Assembly (NCBI RefSeq): GCF_004010195.1
Contig: NC_057749.1
Location: forward strand, 24,038,510 to 24,102,509
DNA from: Chiloscyllium plagiosum
Lineage: Eukaryota
Direction of reading: 5' to 3'
Length of the DNA: 64,000 nt
A program made the translations under genes and the position numbers. Shown here one piece after another: positions 26,202 through 38,712 of the stretch (position 1 is the stretch's first letter; each line of letters opens with the position of its first letter). The notes beneath the pieces were generated by a model. The model was not told the DNA's origin. It saw nothing but the letters and a program-made list of their open reading frames with translations, and ran no database searches.

Positions 26202-26303
26202 CTGGATGAAGGCACACCTCCGGAGCCTGAGGGAAACTTTGTGGACTACCAAACCACGATGGTGAAATATTCCAAGGCGATCGCAGTCACTGCTCAGGAG
26301 ATG
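26202..26303 (+). CDS. TLN2: Talin-2 coding exon (R10): LDEGTPPEPEGNFVDYQTT...TAQEM
   Basis: cAG/GTgag; 102 nt, phase 0/0; translated by hand. Confidence 0.95.
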
Positions 26304-26399
26304 GTGAGTGAGGATTGGCTCTGAGTGGTGAGGTCAGTTAACTTGAATGCTCTTGCCACAAAAATATCAGCTGACACCAAGCCTCACACAAGGACGTGA

Positions 26400-26790
26400 A
26401 ACGTAAAGGAGTACACCACAGCTTCTACATACGTGTGCACAGGCACAGTAAACCCGCCAAGCACACGTGTATAAGCACACAGCTACGCGGTGTGCACTGA
26501 TGTTCACAGGTACACCCCACACACATGCACAGACACACACCAGACCCCACACGCGTGTACGAACAGGCACCCACACATACATACATACACAGGTACACAC
26601 ACATGCACATACATGTGCAAACACATATGCATACTTAAGCACACATGCCCAGGTGCACACTACATCTTGTACGCTCGTGTACACCTGCCCAGGTGCATAC
26701 TACACCTTGTACACTCACGTGTACACGCACATACTATGCTACGTTCACACTTACACAGGTATAGACCCCGTCTCATGCACGTACACTCTA
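26400..26790. repeat. Degenerate (CA/TA)-rich low-complexity tract
   Basis: Directly visible. Confidence 0.85.
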
Positions 26791-26849
26791 ACCTGCACTT
26801 CTTTTAACTGTTCCTATTGGCAATATGAACCTGAGTTAAAAATCAAATT

Positions 26850-27090
26850 GGAGGAGAAAGTGAGGACTGCAGATGTTGGAGATCAGAGCTGAAAATGTGT
26901 TGCTGGAAAAGCGCAGCAGGTCATGCAGCATCCAAGGAGCAGGAGAATCGAGGTTTCGGGCATAAGCCCTTCTTCAGGAATGAGGACACTTTCCTCATTC
27001 CTGAAGAAGGGCTTATGCCTGAAACGTCGATTCTCCTGCTCCTTGGATGCTGCCTGACCTGCTGCGCTTTTCCAGCAACACATTTTCAGC
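26850..27090. mobile_element. Fold-back Penelope-pLTR-derived short element with a hammerhead core in each arm
   Basis: About 100-bp inverted arms around aggaatgagga-cactt-tcctcattcct; 14-bp TSD ttaaaaatcaaatt (26836-26849 and 27091-27104). Confidence 0.85.
26996..27033 (+). ncRNA. Minimal type I hammerhead ribozyme motif
   Basis: CUGAAGA, stem II gggc-uuau-gccu, GAAAC-GUC with palindromic ACGU helix III; stem I is very short. Confidence 0.65.
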
Positions 27091-27443
27091 TTAAAAATCA
27101 AATTCCTCAACTAGGAGCTAATCGAAATCTAATCCGTTACCACCTGTGTTTTTATTTTAATTCATTCACATTGCTGACTAAGCCAGCATTTGTTACCCAT
27201 CCCCAATTGCCCAGCGGTCAGTTAAGAGTCAATCACATTGCTGTGGGTTAAATGTTTCTCAGTAATGTCACTCCTTCAAAATCCCAACACCTCTGTGATG
27301 TGGGGAAAACTGACCCAAAGTACATCTAGTTTCCAGGCCCTTGCTTTGGATCTGTTTGCTTCCTGAGTGAGCTGCTTTTTTCCTAAACATTCCGGTGCCT
27401 CTCGGTTTGCTGATTAACCACGCCCATCCTGCTATCTCCACAG

Positions 27444-27563
27444 ATGTCGAAATCCGTCACTAGCCCTGAGGAGTTGGGTGGCCTGGCCTCCCAGGTGACT
27501 ACTGACTATGGCCACCTGGCCCATCAAGGACGCCTTGCCACGGCTACTGCTGACAGCGAGGAG
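27444..27563 (+). CDS. TLN2: Talin-2 coding exon (R10): MSKSVTSPEELGGLASQ...ADSEE
   Basis: cAG/GTagg; 120 nt, phase 0/0. Confidence 0.95.
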
Positions 27564-29293
27564 GTAGGACATTCTGTTACCAGTGGAATTAACTTGCTCT
27601 GTGGGCATGGTTGGCAAGGCGAAGGTGTGTTGCCCATCTCTAATTGCCCCTGAGAGGCTGGTACTCCCACTGCTTTGACCCAGTACTGTCTTTGGAGGGA
27701 GATGAAGTTGAAAAGCTCTGCATGTGTGGTTTGTATGTTTCTTTGATAAGGCATTTATTACTTATCCCTTGAGAGAGATGTCAGTGAGCGGCCATTTTGA
27801 ATTATAGTTGAGTGAGTTGTGAGGCCATTTCAGGGTCAGTTTAGAGATAACTTTGAACCAGATGGGTCTTATGACAGTTGTGATTTTGTGATCACAAAAT
27901 TATTGAGACAAGCTTTCTATTCCAGATTTATGTAATTAATTCTCCCAGCTGCAGTTGGGGGGAGGGGATTGAACCCTACAATTTCAGATCTTTAGTCCAG
28001 GCCTCTGGATTACGAGTTGAGTCCAGTGATTAATATGCTGCCACATCCCTCTGTGTTTCAGCTCACCCTCCCCTGATAGTCAGAATGGAGGTATACATTT
28101 CTCAAGGTGTCTGGATTCAATATCTCCTCTCAAAAATGTGGAGCACCCTCCCATTTTTAAAAAACTCGAAGGATCAGAAGGGGCAGTCTGTGTGAGGTTG
28201 CCATCCCTTTGGAAAACCTGGCCCATAGAAGATTTTAAAATGTGGATGTTTTATTTGTATTCTTTGAAGGCTTGCTTTCCATCATCAATCTACTGGAAAA
28301 TTTCTGGAGTGCAGTGTAAGCCAAAAATGGTCAGATTTACTCTCTCTCCAAGGCATTGTCAGGTTTGTAATGGTGACCCGACAGTCACTGTCACTGACAC
28401 TGGGCCGATTGCTCATTGCTGGATTACCAGTACATTAGCCTGGCACCAGTACACCCAGCTTTTGCAGCTTATCACTTGTATCAAATGTCACCAGCCAAGT
28501 TGACATGTAACTCTGCACTTGTCAGATTTCATGTATTTAATTCAAACGCCTTTATGGCCACATTGTGTTGTTTCTAAATCCAATCACAGAATTGTTACAG
28601 GGCCAAAGGAGACCCTTCAGCCCGTCTTGTCTGCACTGTCTCCCTGAGCTTCTCTGTGTCTGTAACCTTGTACTTGGTCTCTATTTAAATAACCCTCTGG
28701 AATGCCTGAATCAAACTTTCCTCCACCACATTTCCAGACAGTGCATTCCAGACCCTAACTCCTCACTGAATGAAAAAGGTTTTTTTTTCTCATGTCACAT
28801 TTTCTTGTTTTGCAAAACACTGTGTGCTCTGGTTCTCAATTCTCTTGTGAGTGAGAACAGTTTCTCCCTTTCCACTCCATCCTGACCTGCAATTATTTTG
28901 GAAGGTTCTATCAACTCTCCCCTTAGCCTTGTTTTCTCCTTGGTCTCAATTTCTCTTCATGAAGAACTGGTGGAGAGCTGAGCTGGGTCAGAAAGGCTGT
29001 CATAAGTCAGAAAGCAATAGTTGAGCAGAATCCTTCAAAGAAGAGATGATTCAGGTACAGCCAAGGTACGTTCCTTCAGAAGAGAAAGGCAGGGCAAACA
29101 TATCCACAGCTTGCTTGTGACAAATGAGGTAGAAATCAACTTGAAGAGCAAGTATACGTATGACAGGAATGAGGTGGTGAGTACGAATGAGATACAGGAG
29201 AATCAGAAAAATAAAGAAATAAAATGGGGAATAGGTGAAAAGAGTGGCAGCTGACATAATGGAGAATTGAGATGTTGTATTCTGGATTCCCAG

Positions 29294-29965
29294 TGTGACG
29301 ATGCTATGACTTTAAGAGGTTATTTTGTCTATTTTTTTGGAAAAGAGGTTGTCAGTTGCAGAAGTGCTGAGCAGTCTACCAAAACCACTATAGTAAACAG
29401 GGCCTTGGGGTGTTTTTTTTTAAAAAGTTGGAACAATAGAAGCAGCCTGGCTGGATGTGGCCAGCTCTCGCAGACCAGGATTTCTACTATTTTCTTTTTA
29501 GTTTATAGCTTTATCTTTAAGCAGTTGCTGTTGTAGGCTTGAAAGAAGTTGAAGCTATCTTTTCCCTCTCTCAGTTACAGCCAGAAGCTGGGGGGGTTCT
29601 CTCTGCTGCTGGGTTACCCGTGAGCAAATCTATTTTTCTGAATATGCCTTTTTGCCCAAAGGGTGTGTTTGTGGGATGTTACTATATTGGAACAGCTAAT
29701 TAGTAACAGTAACTGTATCTGTTATTCAGTTAAGTTTTCCAGTAGAGTTAAGCTAATCTAAATTCCTCTTTCTTTGGCTGTATTTTAACTGTAGTGTTTA
29801 AATAAATTGTGTTTTGCTTAATGTCAAGTAGTTTGACTGATCGAATTTTATCTGGAACACTGGACATTACATTTGCCTTATAAACAAGAAAACATTAGGG
29901 TCTAGGCTACCTTCTTCAAATATTTTGAGGGAAGGGGGGGAGAGGTTCTGGTCAAGTCCAATACA
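29294..29965 (+). mobile_element. Solo LTR (Gypsy or ERV type)
   Basis: TGTGAC...ATACA ends, exact 4-bp TSD CCAG, internal AATAAA at 29801. Confidence 0.85.
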
Positions 29966-30094
29966 CCAGTTATTGAAGAATGACAAGCCAAACTCAGTCA
30001 TATATTTATTTATAGAATAAAGCACTACTAGCATACACCTCCTAACTCAACTTACACCCTGTTTCATTTATTGTCTTTTTTTAAAGAGAAATAG

Positions 30095-31305
30095 TTTAAT
30101 CAACCTGTTCGGACAGTTTCATGCCAGGTGGGACTTGAAACTGGACCTTGTGGCTCAGATGTATGAACACTACCACTGTATCACAAGAGCTCCTCTGTGT
30201 GCCGAAAGTTATTTTAATAATCTGTTCACACATGCTATGTCACAGCCTCTGGGATAGGTGGGGCGTGAACCTGGCTCCTCTGATTCAGCCTGTGAACTTA
30301 ATATTTTAGTCAACCTGTTTAGATATGCCATGATACACTTCTGAGCACAGAAACATAGAAAATAGGTTCAGCAGTAGGCCATTTGGCCCCTCAGGCCTGC
30401 ACCACCATTCAATATGGTGTTGGCTGATCATGCAATCTCAGTGTCCCACTCCCACACTCTCTCCATACCCCTTCATCCCTTTAGCCACAAGAGCCACATC
30501 CAGCCCCCTCTTGAACATATCGAACGAACTGGTCCTAACAGCTTCCCATGGGAGAGAATTCCACAGGTTCACAACTCTCTGAGTGAAGACATTCTTCTTC
30601 ATCTCAGTCCTGAATGGCCCACCCCTTATTCTTAGACTGTGACCCCCTCTTTCTGGATTTCCCCAACATCGGGAGCGTTCTTCCTGCATCTTGTCTGTCC
30701 AGTCCCATCAGGATTTTATGTTTCTCTGAGATCCCCTCCAACTCAATTTTCTAAATTCCAGTGAGTATAAGCCCAGTCGATCCAGTCTTTCCTCATCTGT
30801 CAGCCCTGCCATCCCAGGAATCAGTCTGGTGAACTTTCGCTGGACTCCCTCAATAACCAGAATGTCCTTCCTCAGACTAGGAGACCAACACTGCACAGAA
30901 TGACCACAACTGCACCCCTGCAAACAGGGATATGAACCCTGGTCTCCTGGCTCAGAGGAAGGGACAATATCACCCTGCCTCTGGATATTTTCTAATCCAA
31001 CCTATTCAGAGACGTTCCCACACACCTCTAAAGCAGATGGGACTTGAACTCAAGTCCCATCTGCTGGCTCAGAGGTAGGGATACTACCACTACACACTAG
31101 ATCGCTCCTTGTGTACTTAAAGTGAAACGTCAATTAATGCCCTCTACTAGCAAATATTGAAACACTGTTTACAAAGTGCCAGGTGCACGGAGCCTCTTGT
31201 TGAACAGTGGTAGTGTCCCTACCCCTGGAGCAGGAGGCCTGGGTTCAAGTCCCACCCGCTCCAGAGGTGTGTACTAACATCTCTGTACAGGCTTGTTAGA
31301 AAAAT
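30095..31305. repeat. Cluster of ~110-bp tRNA-like units (about four on minus, one on plus), split by a CR1
   Basis: Recurrent aacctgtt...ggtgggacttgaac...tggctcagaggtaggga.actaccact; the plus copy at ~31190 shows A/B-box-like cagtggtag and ggttcaagtccc. Confidence 0.65.
30352..30900 (-). mobile_element. CR1 LINE 3' end (second subfamily)
   Basis: IEGVQRKFTRLIPGMAGL...; FTQRVVNLWNSLP; (ctatgttt) tail. Confidence 0.9.
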
Positions 31306-31589
31306 GAATCAATAAAGACAAAAGAGTCAGATGCATTGACCTTGAAGGCACTTGGATAATTATAGGAGTAGGAAACATTTTAGGCAGATACAGGCCGGGA
31401 GCAGGCAGGTGGGACCAGTTTAGTTTGGGATTATGTTTGGCATGGACCGAAGGGTCTGTTTCTGTGCAGTACTCAAGTCTCTGGCCTCATTCCTTCAGTT
31501 CCCAGGTTAACAGTTGCTGTCCTCTCCTTTCTCTTCCTGGAGTGAGAATGTTTGGGGTTCAGTCACGATCTGCTCTGTTTGCTCCGCAG

Positions 31590-31736
31590 ATTGGATTCCA
31601 GATTAAGACCCGAGTCCAGGATCTTGGTCACGGCTGTATATTCCTGGTGCAGAAAGCTGGTGCTGTGCAGATCAGTCCCACCGACAGCTTTACCAAGAGA
31701 GAGCTCATCGAGTGTGCCCGTGCTGTGACTGAGAAG
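31590..31736 (+). CDS. TLN2: Talin-2 coding exon (R10): IGFQIKTRVQDLGHGC...AVTEK
   Basis: cAG/GTgag; 147 nt, phase 0/0. Confidence 0.96.
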
Positions 31737-32972
31737 GTGAGGGAGCAGCAGTCTCCTATTTCCCATTTTGCCCTCGTGTGACAGTGCTCACCTCCTGCGT
31801 TTTTAAAAACGAAAGCTGCCCAATATAAAGGGTTTAACCCAAGAAACCCCTGACAAAATCTTCTTCCAAGCTTTCAGGAAAGAAGACTATTTCTCCAACA
31901 AACCGAGAAAGAGCGCTAAACGTTTTGAACACATGGGCTGCAATGCCTCATTTTCCCCAGTTTTATGCAAATTGGGAAGACATTTTTGTCAGAGACATTG
32001 GCCCATCCAAGAGAGAGACCTTGTCCCACCCTGAAGGAGGCTTGCTGCTCTAATTGCAGTTAGCTTCTGATGCCATATAACCCTGAGCCCATTGGAACTG
32101 CAGACTAACCAGTGATGGCCACCAACATTGGAATCGGAGGAGATGATTTAGGCCCACAATCCTGTTCCACCATCCATTGAGATCACCCCTTAATCTCTGA
32201 CCTTACATTATGGACCTGTCTTTACCCCATACCTTTGGTTCACCAAATCTACCATTCTAAACTCAACAATGGATCTTCTGAACAATGGTATTTGCGGAAG
32301 AGAGTTCCAAACATCTACCCTTCATGTGGAGATGTGTTGTATCGTTAAATTGCAGAAAAGTCCATCTCTAATTGTTAAACTGTCTCTCCCCCTCCCCCTC
32401 TCCTTCCCCCACTATTTGGACTCCACAGCCACCAGAAATAGTTCCTCTTCATTCACCCTACCTGTTAAGTTATGAGCCATAGGAGCCAAAGTAGGCCATT
32501 CGGCCCATCAAGCCTGCTCCACCATTCAATGAGATCATGGCTGGTCTGATAATCCTCAACTCCACTTTTCTGCTTTTCCCCAAACCCTTGATTCCCTTCC
32601 TGATTAAACATCCGTCACCCTCAGCTTTGGATACCACCCAGTCTCCAGAGCCCTCTGTGGTAAAGAATTCCACAGATACAATATGTCACATTCCCAGGAC
32701 GACTTAGAGACGTGCTGTTTCTGTTCCCATGTACCTTGTGGGACCAACTCCACACCAAGTCCAACTGATGAGGAATCTCTCCTGAACGCACTCTATGCCA
32801 GTGCTTTGTTAGAAGAATTTACGGGTTAACATTCAACCTGTCTGACTGCTGGTGTGTGTAAGTTACCACAAGCTACCTTTAATTTGGCTACCTGTTCCCA
32901 TTAACTCCTTATGTTCTTCCATCGGGCAATCATTTGTCCTGGCATAATGCGGCCTGTTATCAAGCAGCTGTT

Positions 32973-33245
32973 CATAGAATCTCTACAGTGCAGAAAGAGG
33001 CTATTCAGCCCATTGACTCTACACCGACTCTCCAAAGGACATCCCACCCAGACCCATCCCATCTATGTAACCCTGCATTTCCCATGGCCAATCCACCTAA
33101 CCTGCACATCTTTGGGACTGTGGGAGGAAACCCATGCAGACACGGGGAGAATGTGCAAACTCCACACAGACTGTTGCTCAAGGCGGGAATTGAATCCAGG
33201 TCTCTAGCGCTGTGAGGCAGCAGTGCTAACCACTGAGCCACTGTG
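32973..33245 (-). mobile_element. HE1-type V-SINE
   Basis: Reverse complement of head, core and tail. Confidence 0.85.
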
Positions 33246-33696
33246 TTAAGACAAGTTAGCTTATGTTGCTTCAACACTTTTTGCCCCAGGCATGGTCAAC
33301 TGACATGCTACTTTTAATTCCTTTATAACAGTTGTCCTTGTCTCTTTCATCTTGGGAAATAGTTTAATCCAGCTGGAGTTCTTGCTGATTCTTTCAATCC
33401 ATGAACGGTTATTAAAAGTTCTGAAGTTTGCACTATCACATTGCATTTTGAACCCACTTTCCTAGCCATCAAGGACTTGAACTCAGAGCTTCTAGTTCAG
33501 TGGCAGTGGCACTACCCACCACACCACAAGATTCTCCCCCTTTTAAAATCGTACTATCAGCTTGATGTGATGCCAAAGCTTAGCTCATTCAATCCCAGGA
33601 GTTCCTGAGGTCGATAGAGACGTCAGCCGCGACAGTAATCAGTTTTACTGACATATCTGACTAACTAATTTGTAACAAGAGATATTTTTGGTGCTC

Positions 33697-35612
33697 AAAG
33701 AACAATACAGCACAGGAACAGGCCCTTTGGCCCTCCAAGCCTGAACCCTTCCGTACCAAAACTGTCTTCACTTACAGGATCCGTATCCCTCTGTTCCCTT
33801 CCTATTCATGGATTTGTCCAGGTGCTTCTTGAATGCTGCTATTGTATCTGATTCCACCACCACCTTTAGCAACGTGTTCCTTTGTGTGAAAATAATCCCC
33901 CACATATCTCTTTTAAAGTTCCCTCCTTGCACCTTGAACCTGCGTCCCTTAGTAACTGACCCCCTCCACCCTGGGAAAAAGCCGCATACTTTCCACTCTG
34001 GCTTCTATGTCATTCACAATCTTATAAACCTCCTGCGTTCCAGTGAAAATAGACCTTTCTTCCGAGCTAAAATCCCCCATACCAGGAAACATCCTGGTAA
34101 ACCTTTTCTGTACCCTCTTCAAAACATGCACATCCTTCTGGTAGTGTGGTGACCAGAACTGTACGCAATATTCCAAATGTGGCCTAACTAAAGTTCTATA
34201 AAGCTGCAGCATAACTTATCTATCCTTAGACTCAATGCCCTTTCCAATGAAGGCAAACATGTCATAGGCTTTTTTGTACTCCCTTATCTACCTGCGCTGC
34301 CACCTTCAGTGATCTGTGGACCTGACCACCCAGATCCCTCTGCATATCAATACCCCGAAGGGTTCTACCATTCACTGTACAATTTCCACGTACTTGACCT
34401 TCCAAAATGCATCACCTCTTACATTTGTCCAGATTAAACTCCATCTGCCATTTTTCTGCCCATGTCTCCAACTGATCTATATCCTGCTGTATCCTCTGAC
34501 AATCCACCTCACTATCCACAACTCCACCAATCCTTATATCATCTGCAAACTTACTGATTAGACCAGCTACATTTTCCTCCAAATTATTTATGTAGATCAC
34601 AAACAGCAGAGGTCCCAGCACTGATCCCTGTGGAACACCACTAGTCATAATCCTCCATTCTGAAAAATATCCTTCCACCGCTACCACTGACTGAGCCAGT
34701 TCTGCCCCCATCTGGCCAGCTCACCCCTGATACCATGTGACTTCACCTTTTGGACCAGTCTGCCATGAGGGACCTTGTCAAAGGCTTTACTGAAGTCAAT
34801 GTAGATAAAATCAACCACTATTCCCTCATCAATCATCTTTGTCATCTGCTGAAAAAAACTCGATCAAGTTAGTGAGGCACGACCTCCCCTGCACAAAACC
34901 ATGCTGTCTATGGTTAATAGATCCATTTGCTTCTAAATGAGTACAGATATTGTCCAAAGAATCTTTTCCAGTAACTTCCCTACCACCAATGTGAGACTCA
35001 CGTAATTTCCTGGATTATGCCTGCTGCTCTTCTTAAACAATGGGGCCACATTAGCGATTCTCCAGTCCTCTGGGACCTCACCTATAGCCAAAGAGGATAC
35101 AAAGATGTCTGTTGATGTTCCAGCAATTTGTTCTCTTGCCTCCCTCACTATTCCAGGATAGATCCCATCAGGTCCAGGGGACTTATCTACCTTAATACTC
35201 TTTAAAACGGATGACACCTCCTCCTTTTTAATAGCAACTTGGCTCAGAAACCCGACTCTCTCTATCCTGATATCATCCTCCACCAATTCCTTCTCTTTGG
35301 TGAATACCGATACAAAATATTTGTTTTGGACCTCACCTACCTCTTCTGGCTCCACATATAGATTGTCTTGTTTGTCCTTGAGTGGGCCAACCCTTTCCCT
35401 GGCTACCCTGTTGCTTTTTATATATGTATAAATAGCCTTGGAATTCTCCTTAATCCTGTTTACTAATGAGTTTTCATGACCCCTTTTAGACCTTCTAATT
35501 CCTTATTAAGGTTCTTTCTTTCTTTCCTTATATACTTCAAAGGGCTTCATCAGTTCCTATCCTCCTAGACCTTACATATGCTTCCCTTTTCCTTTCTGAC
35601 CAAGGTCATAAC
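33697..35612 (-). mobile_element. CR1 LINE ORF2 (RT) remnant, ~1.9 kb
   Basis: KSPGPDGIYP, SGVPQGSVLGPLLF, KFADD and LVRPHLEYC motifs in broken frames. Confidence 0.93.
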
Positions 35613-35938
35613 ATGGGCAGCACGGTGGCTCAGTGGTTAGCACTGCTGCCTCACAGCACCAGCGTCCTAGGTTCAATTCCAGCCTCGGATGACTGCCTGT
35701 GCGGAGTTTGCACATTCTCCCCGTGTCTGCGTGGGTTTCCTCCGGGTGCTCTGGTTTCCTCCCACAGTCCGAAGATGTGCAGGTCAGGTGAATTGGACGT
35801 GCTAAATTGCCCATAGTGCATTTTTTAGGTGCATTAGTCAGAGGGAAATGGGACTGGGTGGGTCACTCTTCGGAGGGTCAATGTGGACTGGTTAGGCCGA
35901 AAGGCCTGTTTCCACACTGTAGGGGAATCTAATCTAAT
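35613..35938 (+). mobile_element. HE1-type V-SINE, full length
   Basis: Head, core and (taatc)n tail; flanked on both sides by cataacat. Confidence 0.9.
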
Positions 35939-36121
35939 CATAACATCTGGTCATTCAAGGCTCACGTTACGAGCCATATCTATTCTCACTTTCACCGCTC
36001 CTGAACTCATTTATCAACTGTTGTTTGAAATGCTCCCACACGTTTGATTCTCAGGTTGGGTGGAGTGGTGGGGTTTTGCTGTGAGGGTGCAGTATTCTGA
36101 ATGGAGCTTTCTTCCTGCTAG

Positions 36122-36288
36122 GTCTCCTTGGTTCTGTCTGCCCTGCAAGCGGGTAACAGGGGCACACAGGCCTGTATCACTGCAGCCAGCGCTGTGTCTG
36201 GTATCATCGGAGACCTGGACACCACCATAATGTTCGCCACAGCCGGTACTCTCAATGCGGAGAACGACGAGTCATTTGCAGACCACAG
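36122..36288 (+). CDS. TLN2: Talin-2 coding exon (R10/R11): VSLVLSALQAGNRGTQAC...FADH(R)
   Basis: tAG/GTtag; 167 nt, phase 0/2. Confidence 0.96.
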
Positions 36289-36546
36289 GTTAGTTTGTTC
36301 GGCTACTGCACGCTGCCAATTGATTCAAGAGCGTGCGTCCTCAGTGAAGCCTGCTTTACAGAGGCGCGGAGTCGGAGAGAGCGGGAGTGGGCGGGTACTC
36401 AACACACCTGGTCAAAGCTGTGCACTCAGCAAAGCTTCAGGAGAGAGGGAAAGAGTTTGCAATGCAGTTAGCTTTGTGGAGACGTGATGGGAGAGTTTGG
36501 GGTCAAGGAAGCTGGAGATGCTGACACAGGAAATGCAAAAGAGGTT

Positions 36547-37047
36547 CGGAGTGGCACCATTCGGCACAGCCACTTTGGCGCGAGCGATTCGGTGCGGCCG
36601 GTTTGGCGCAACCCATTTAAGCGCAGAACTGTTTTGTAGTTATTTAGTAGTTTGTAGTTATTATTAAAATAAAATATAACCCATTAAAATGAAATTGAAG
36701 AAATTCAGAGAAGCAGACACTAGAATACAGACACTTGTAAGAAGATTTAGTGAGAGAAGTGACATTGAATCTTCACAAGGGATTGCCCATAATTTTGAAT
36801 AAATGTCATATTTCAGATTTTTTGTATTTACCTTACTTCTTTCATTTTTATTTTCTTTTTAACATTTTTACTGAAGAGGATAAACATTATTTTTCTTTTT
36901 ATTGCTTTCATTAATGCTTGTCACTAAGCCTGAAAAGGAATAAATATGAGCTGCGGCGAAACAGTTCCGCGCCTAAATGGGTCTGTGCCAAACCGGCCGC
37001 GCCGAATTGCTCGCGCCAAAGTGGCTGCGCTGAATGGTCCTACATCC
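36547..37047 (+). mobile_element. Non-autonomous Mutator-like (MULE) DNA transposon
   Basis: About 90-bp GC-rich TIRs; 9-bp TSD aaagaggtt (36538-36546 and 37048-37056); AT-rich interior with a transposase C-terminus-like remnant. Confidence 0.8.
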
Positions 37048-37099
37048 AAAGAGGTTACACCGAGTGTCCGACAGTTCCTTGCAGCCACCCTTTAGGGGT

Positions 37100-37657
37100 T
37101 GAGATGTCATGTTGAGTTTGTACAAGAGGTGAGGCCTCTTCTGGAGCACTGTGTCCAGTTCTGGTCTCCCTGTTACAGGAAGGATATTATTAAACTGGAG
37201 AGGGTTCAGAAGAGATTTACCAGGATGTTGCCAGAGTTTGAGTTATGGAGGCTGAATAGGCTGGGACTTCTTTCACTGGAGGGAGGGAGGTTGAGGGGTG
37301 ACCTTATAGAAGTTCATAAAATCATGAGGGGCATAGATAAGGTGAATGGCGAGGGTCTTCTCACTAGGACGGGGGATTTCAGGAGTAGAGGGCGCACTTC
37401 AAAAGTGAGAGGAGAAAAGTTTTTAAAAAAGATATAAGGGGCATGGAGAGTGGTTTGTGTGTGGAATGAACTTCAAGAGGAAGTGAAGGATGTTGGCAGA
37501 GTTACGATTTTAAAAGGCATTTGGATAAGTACATGAATATGAAAGGTTTGGAGGGACATGGACCAGGAGCAGGCAGGTGGGATTAGTTTAGTTTGGAATT
37601 ATGGTCGGCATGGACTGGTTGGACCGAAAGTGTCAGTTTCCGTGCTGTATGACTCTA
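37100..37657 (+). mobile_element. CR1 LINE 3' end
   Basis: VRPLLEHCVQFWSP...LRGDLIEV; ctgtatgactcta tail. Confidence 0.9.
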
Positions 37658-38712
37658 TAGCTAAGAATTCGGAGGTCTGTTTTGGCTCACCATTGTCCAG
37701 GCCATTTGGCTGTTGAGTAGCTGTCCTCAGTAAACACTATTTGTCAGATTTGGAAATAAAATGTTTTCTTGCATATTCACGACAAATTTTAACCTCACTC
37801 AGCCCAGCGGGAACACAGTGGCTTTGAGACCTATTTAAGACACTGCCTTACTGAGGTCAGGATTAAGTGGGAACATAAGACAGGGATTTAACTCAAATCT
37901 TCCCAGCCTGCGAAATAAGTTGAAATTGGGGAATTAGAAGTTTTGATTTGAGCTGAGGGGTCCTGTCAGTTCTGTGTAAGGGATAATACCAGTCTCGGGG
38001 TGTGGCACTTAACGTATACTGGCCTAGAATAGAGTGAGAGTGGCAACGTCATGATGGAGTACAGACCAAAGCTGCCTCTGAGTGGGAATAGACCGTATAG
38101 GAGGGAACAGCCAAGTGTAGGAATACAGTCGTACTGGAGGTGGTAATAATTAGTAGGGGCTGGGAGGGGTGGGCAGTGGTGTTGGAGGTCACATTCCGAT
38201 CTTGCTCCTGTCACCTGTCCCAGCTTCTCAGTTCACTGCGCCATGTTTTGATGCATTCCCTCCCTGGTGCTAAGGTACAGGGCATCTCACAGAGACGGCA
38301 CATGACAATCCACAGCTGTAGGGGGGTGGGTGGAAATCCATTTTGGGACCAGGTAGAGAAACTAGATGGACAAGATTCAACTTCATTTTGGCTCATTGTT
38401 GAAAGAACCAGAGGGTGACACGAGGGGAGGATGTTTATAGAAAGAGTGGTTCAGCATTCCAGTGCTCTCCCTGCCCGATATTGAGATGGTGACAGATTCC
38501 AATTACTGTTCCATAGGAAATTGGAGGAAATACTTGGAGAGAGAAGTCATGGCAATAAAGACTGGGGGATGGTGGTGTATAGTAGAAGATTAGGGACTCT
38601 GAAACACCAAAGACCGTGATTTCTCTCTCTTGCCATGGCTCTCTCTCTCCCCTCCCTCTTTCTGTCCTCCATCTCTGCCCCTCCCTCTCTCTCCCCCCTC
38701 CCCTGCACTCTC

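Noticed and set aside
26367..26892. His/Thr- or Cys/Val-rich ORFs
   Set aside because: Translation of CA-rich low-complexity DNA.
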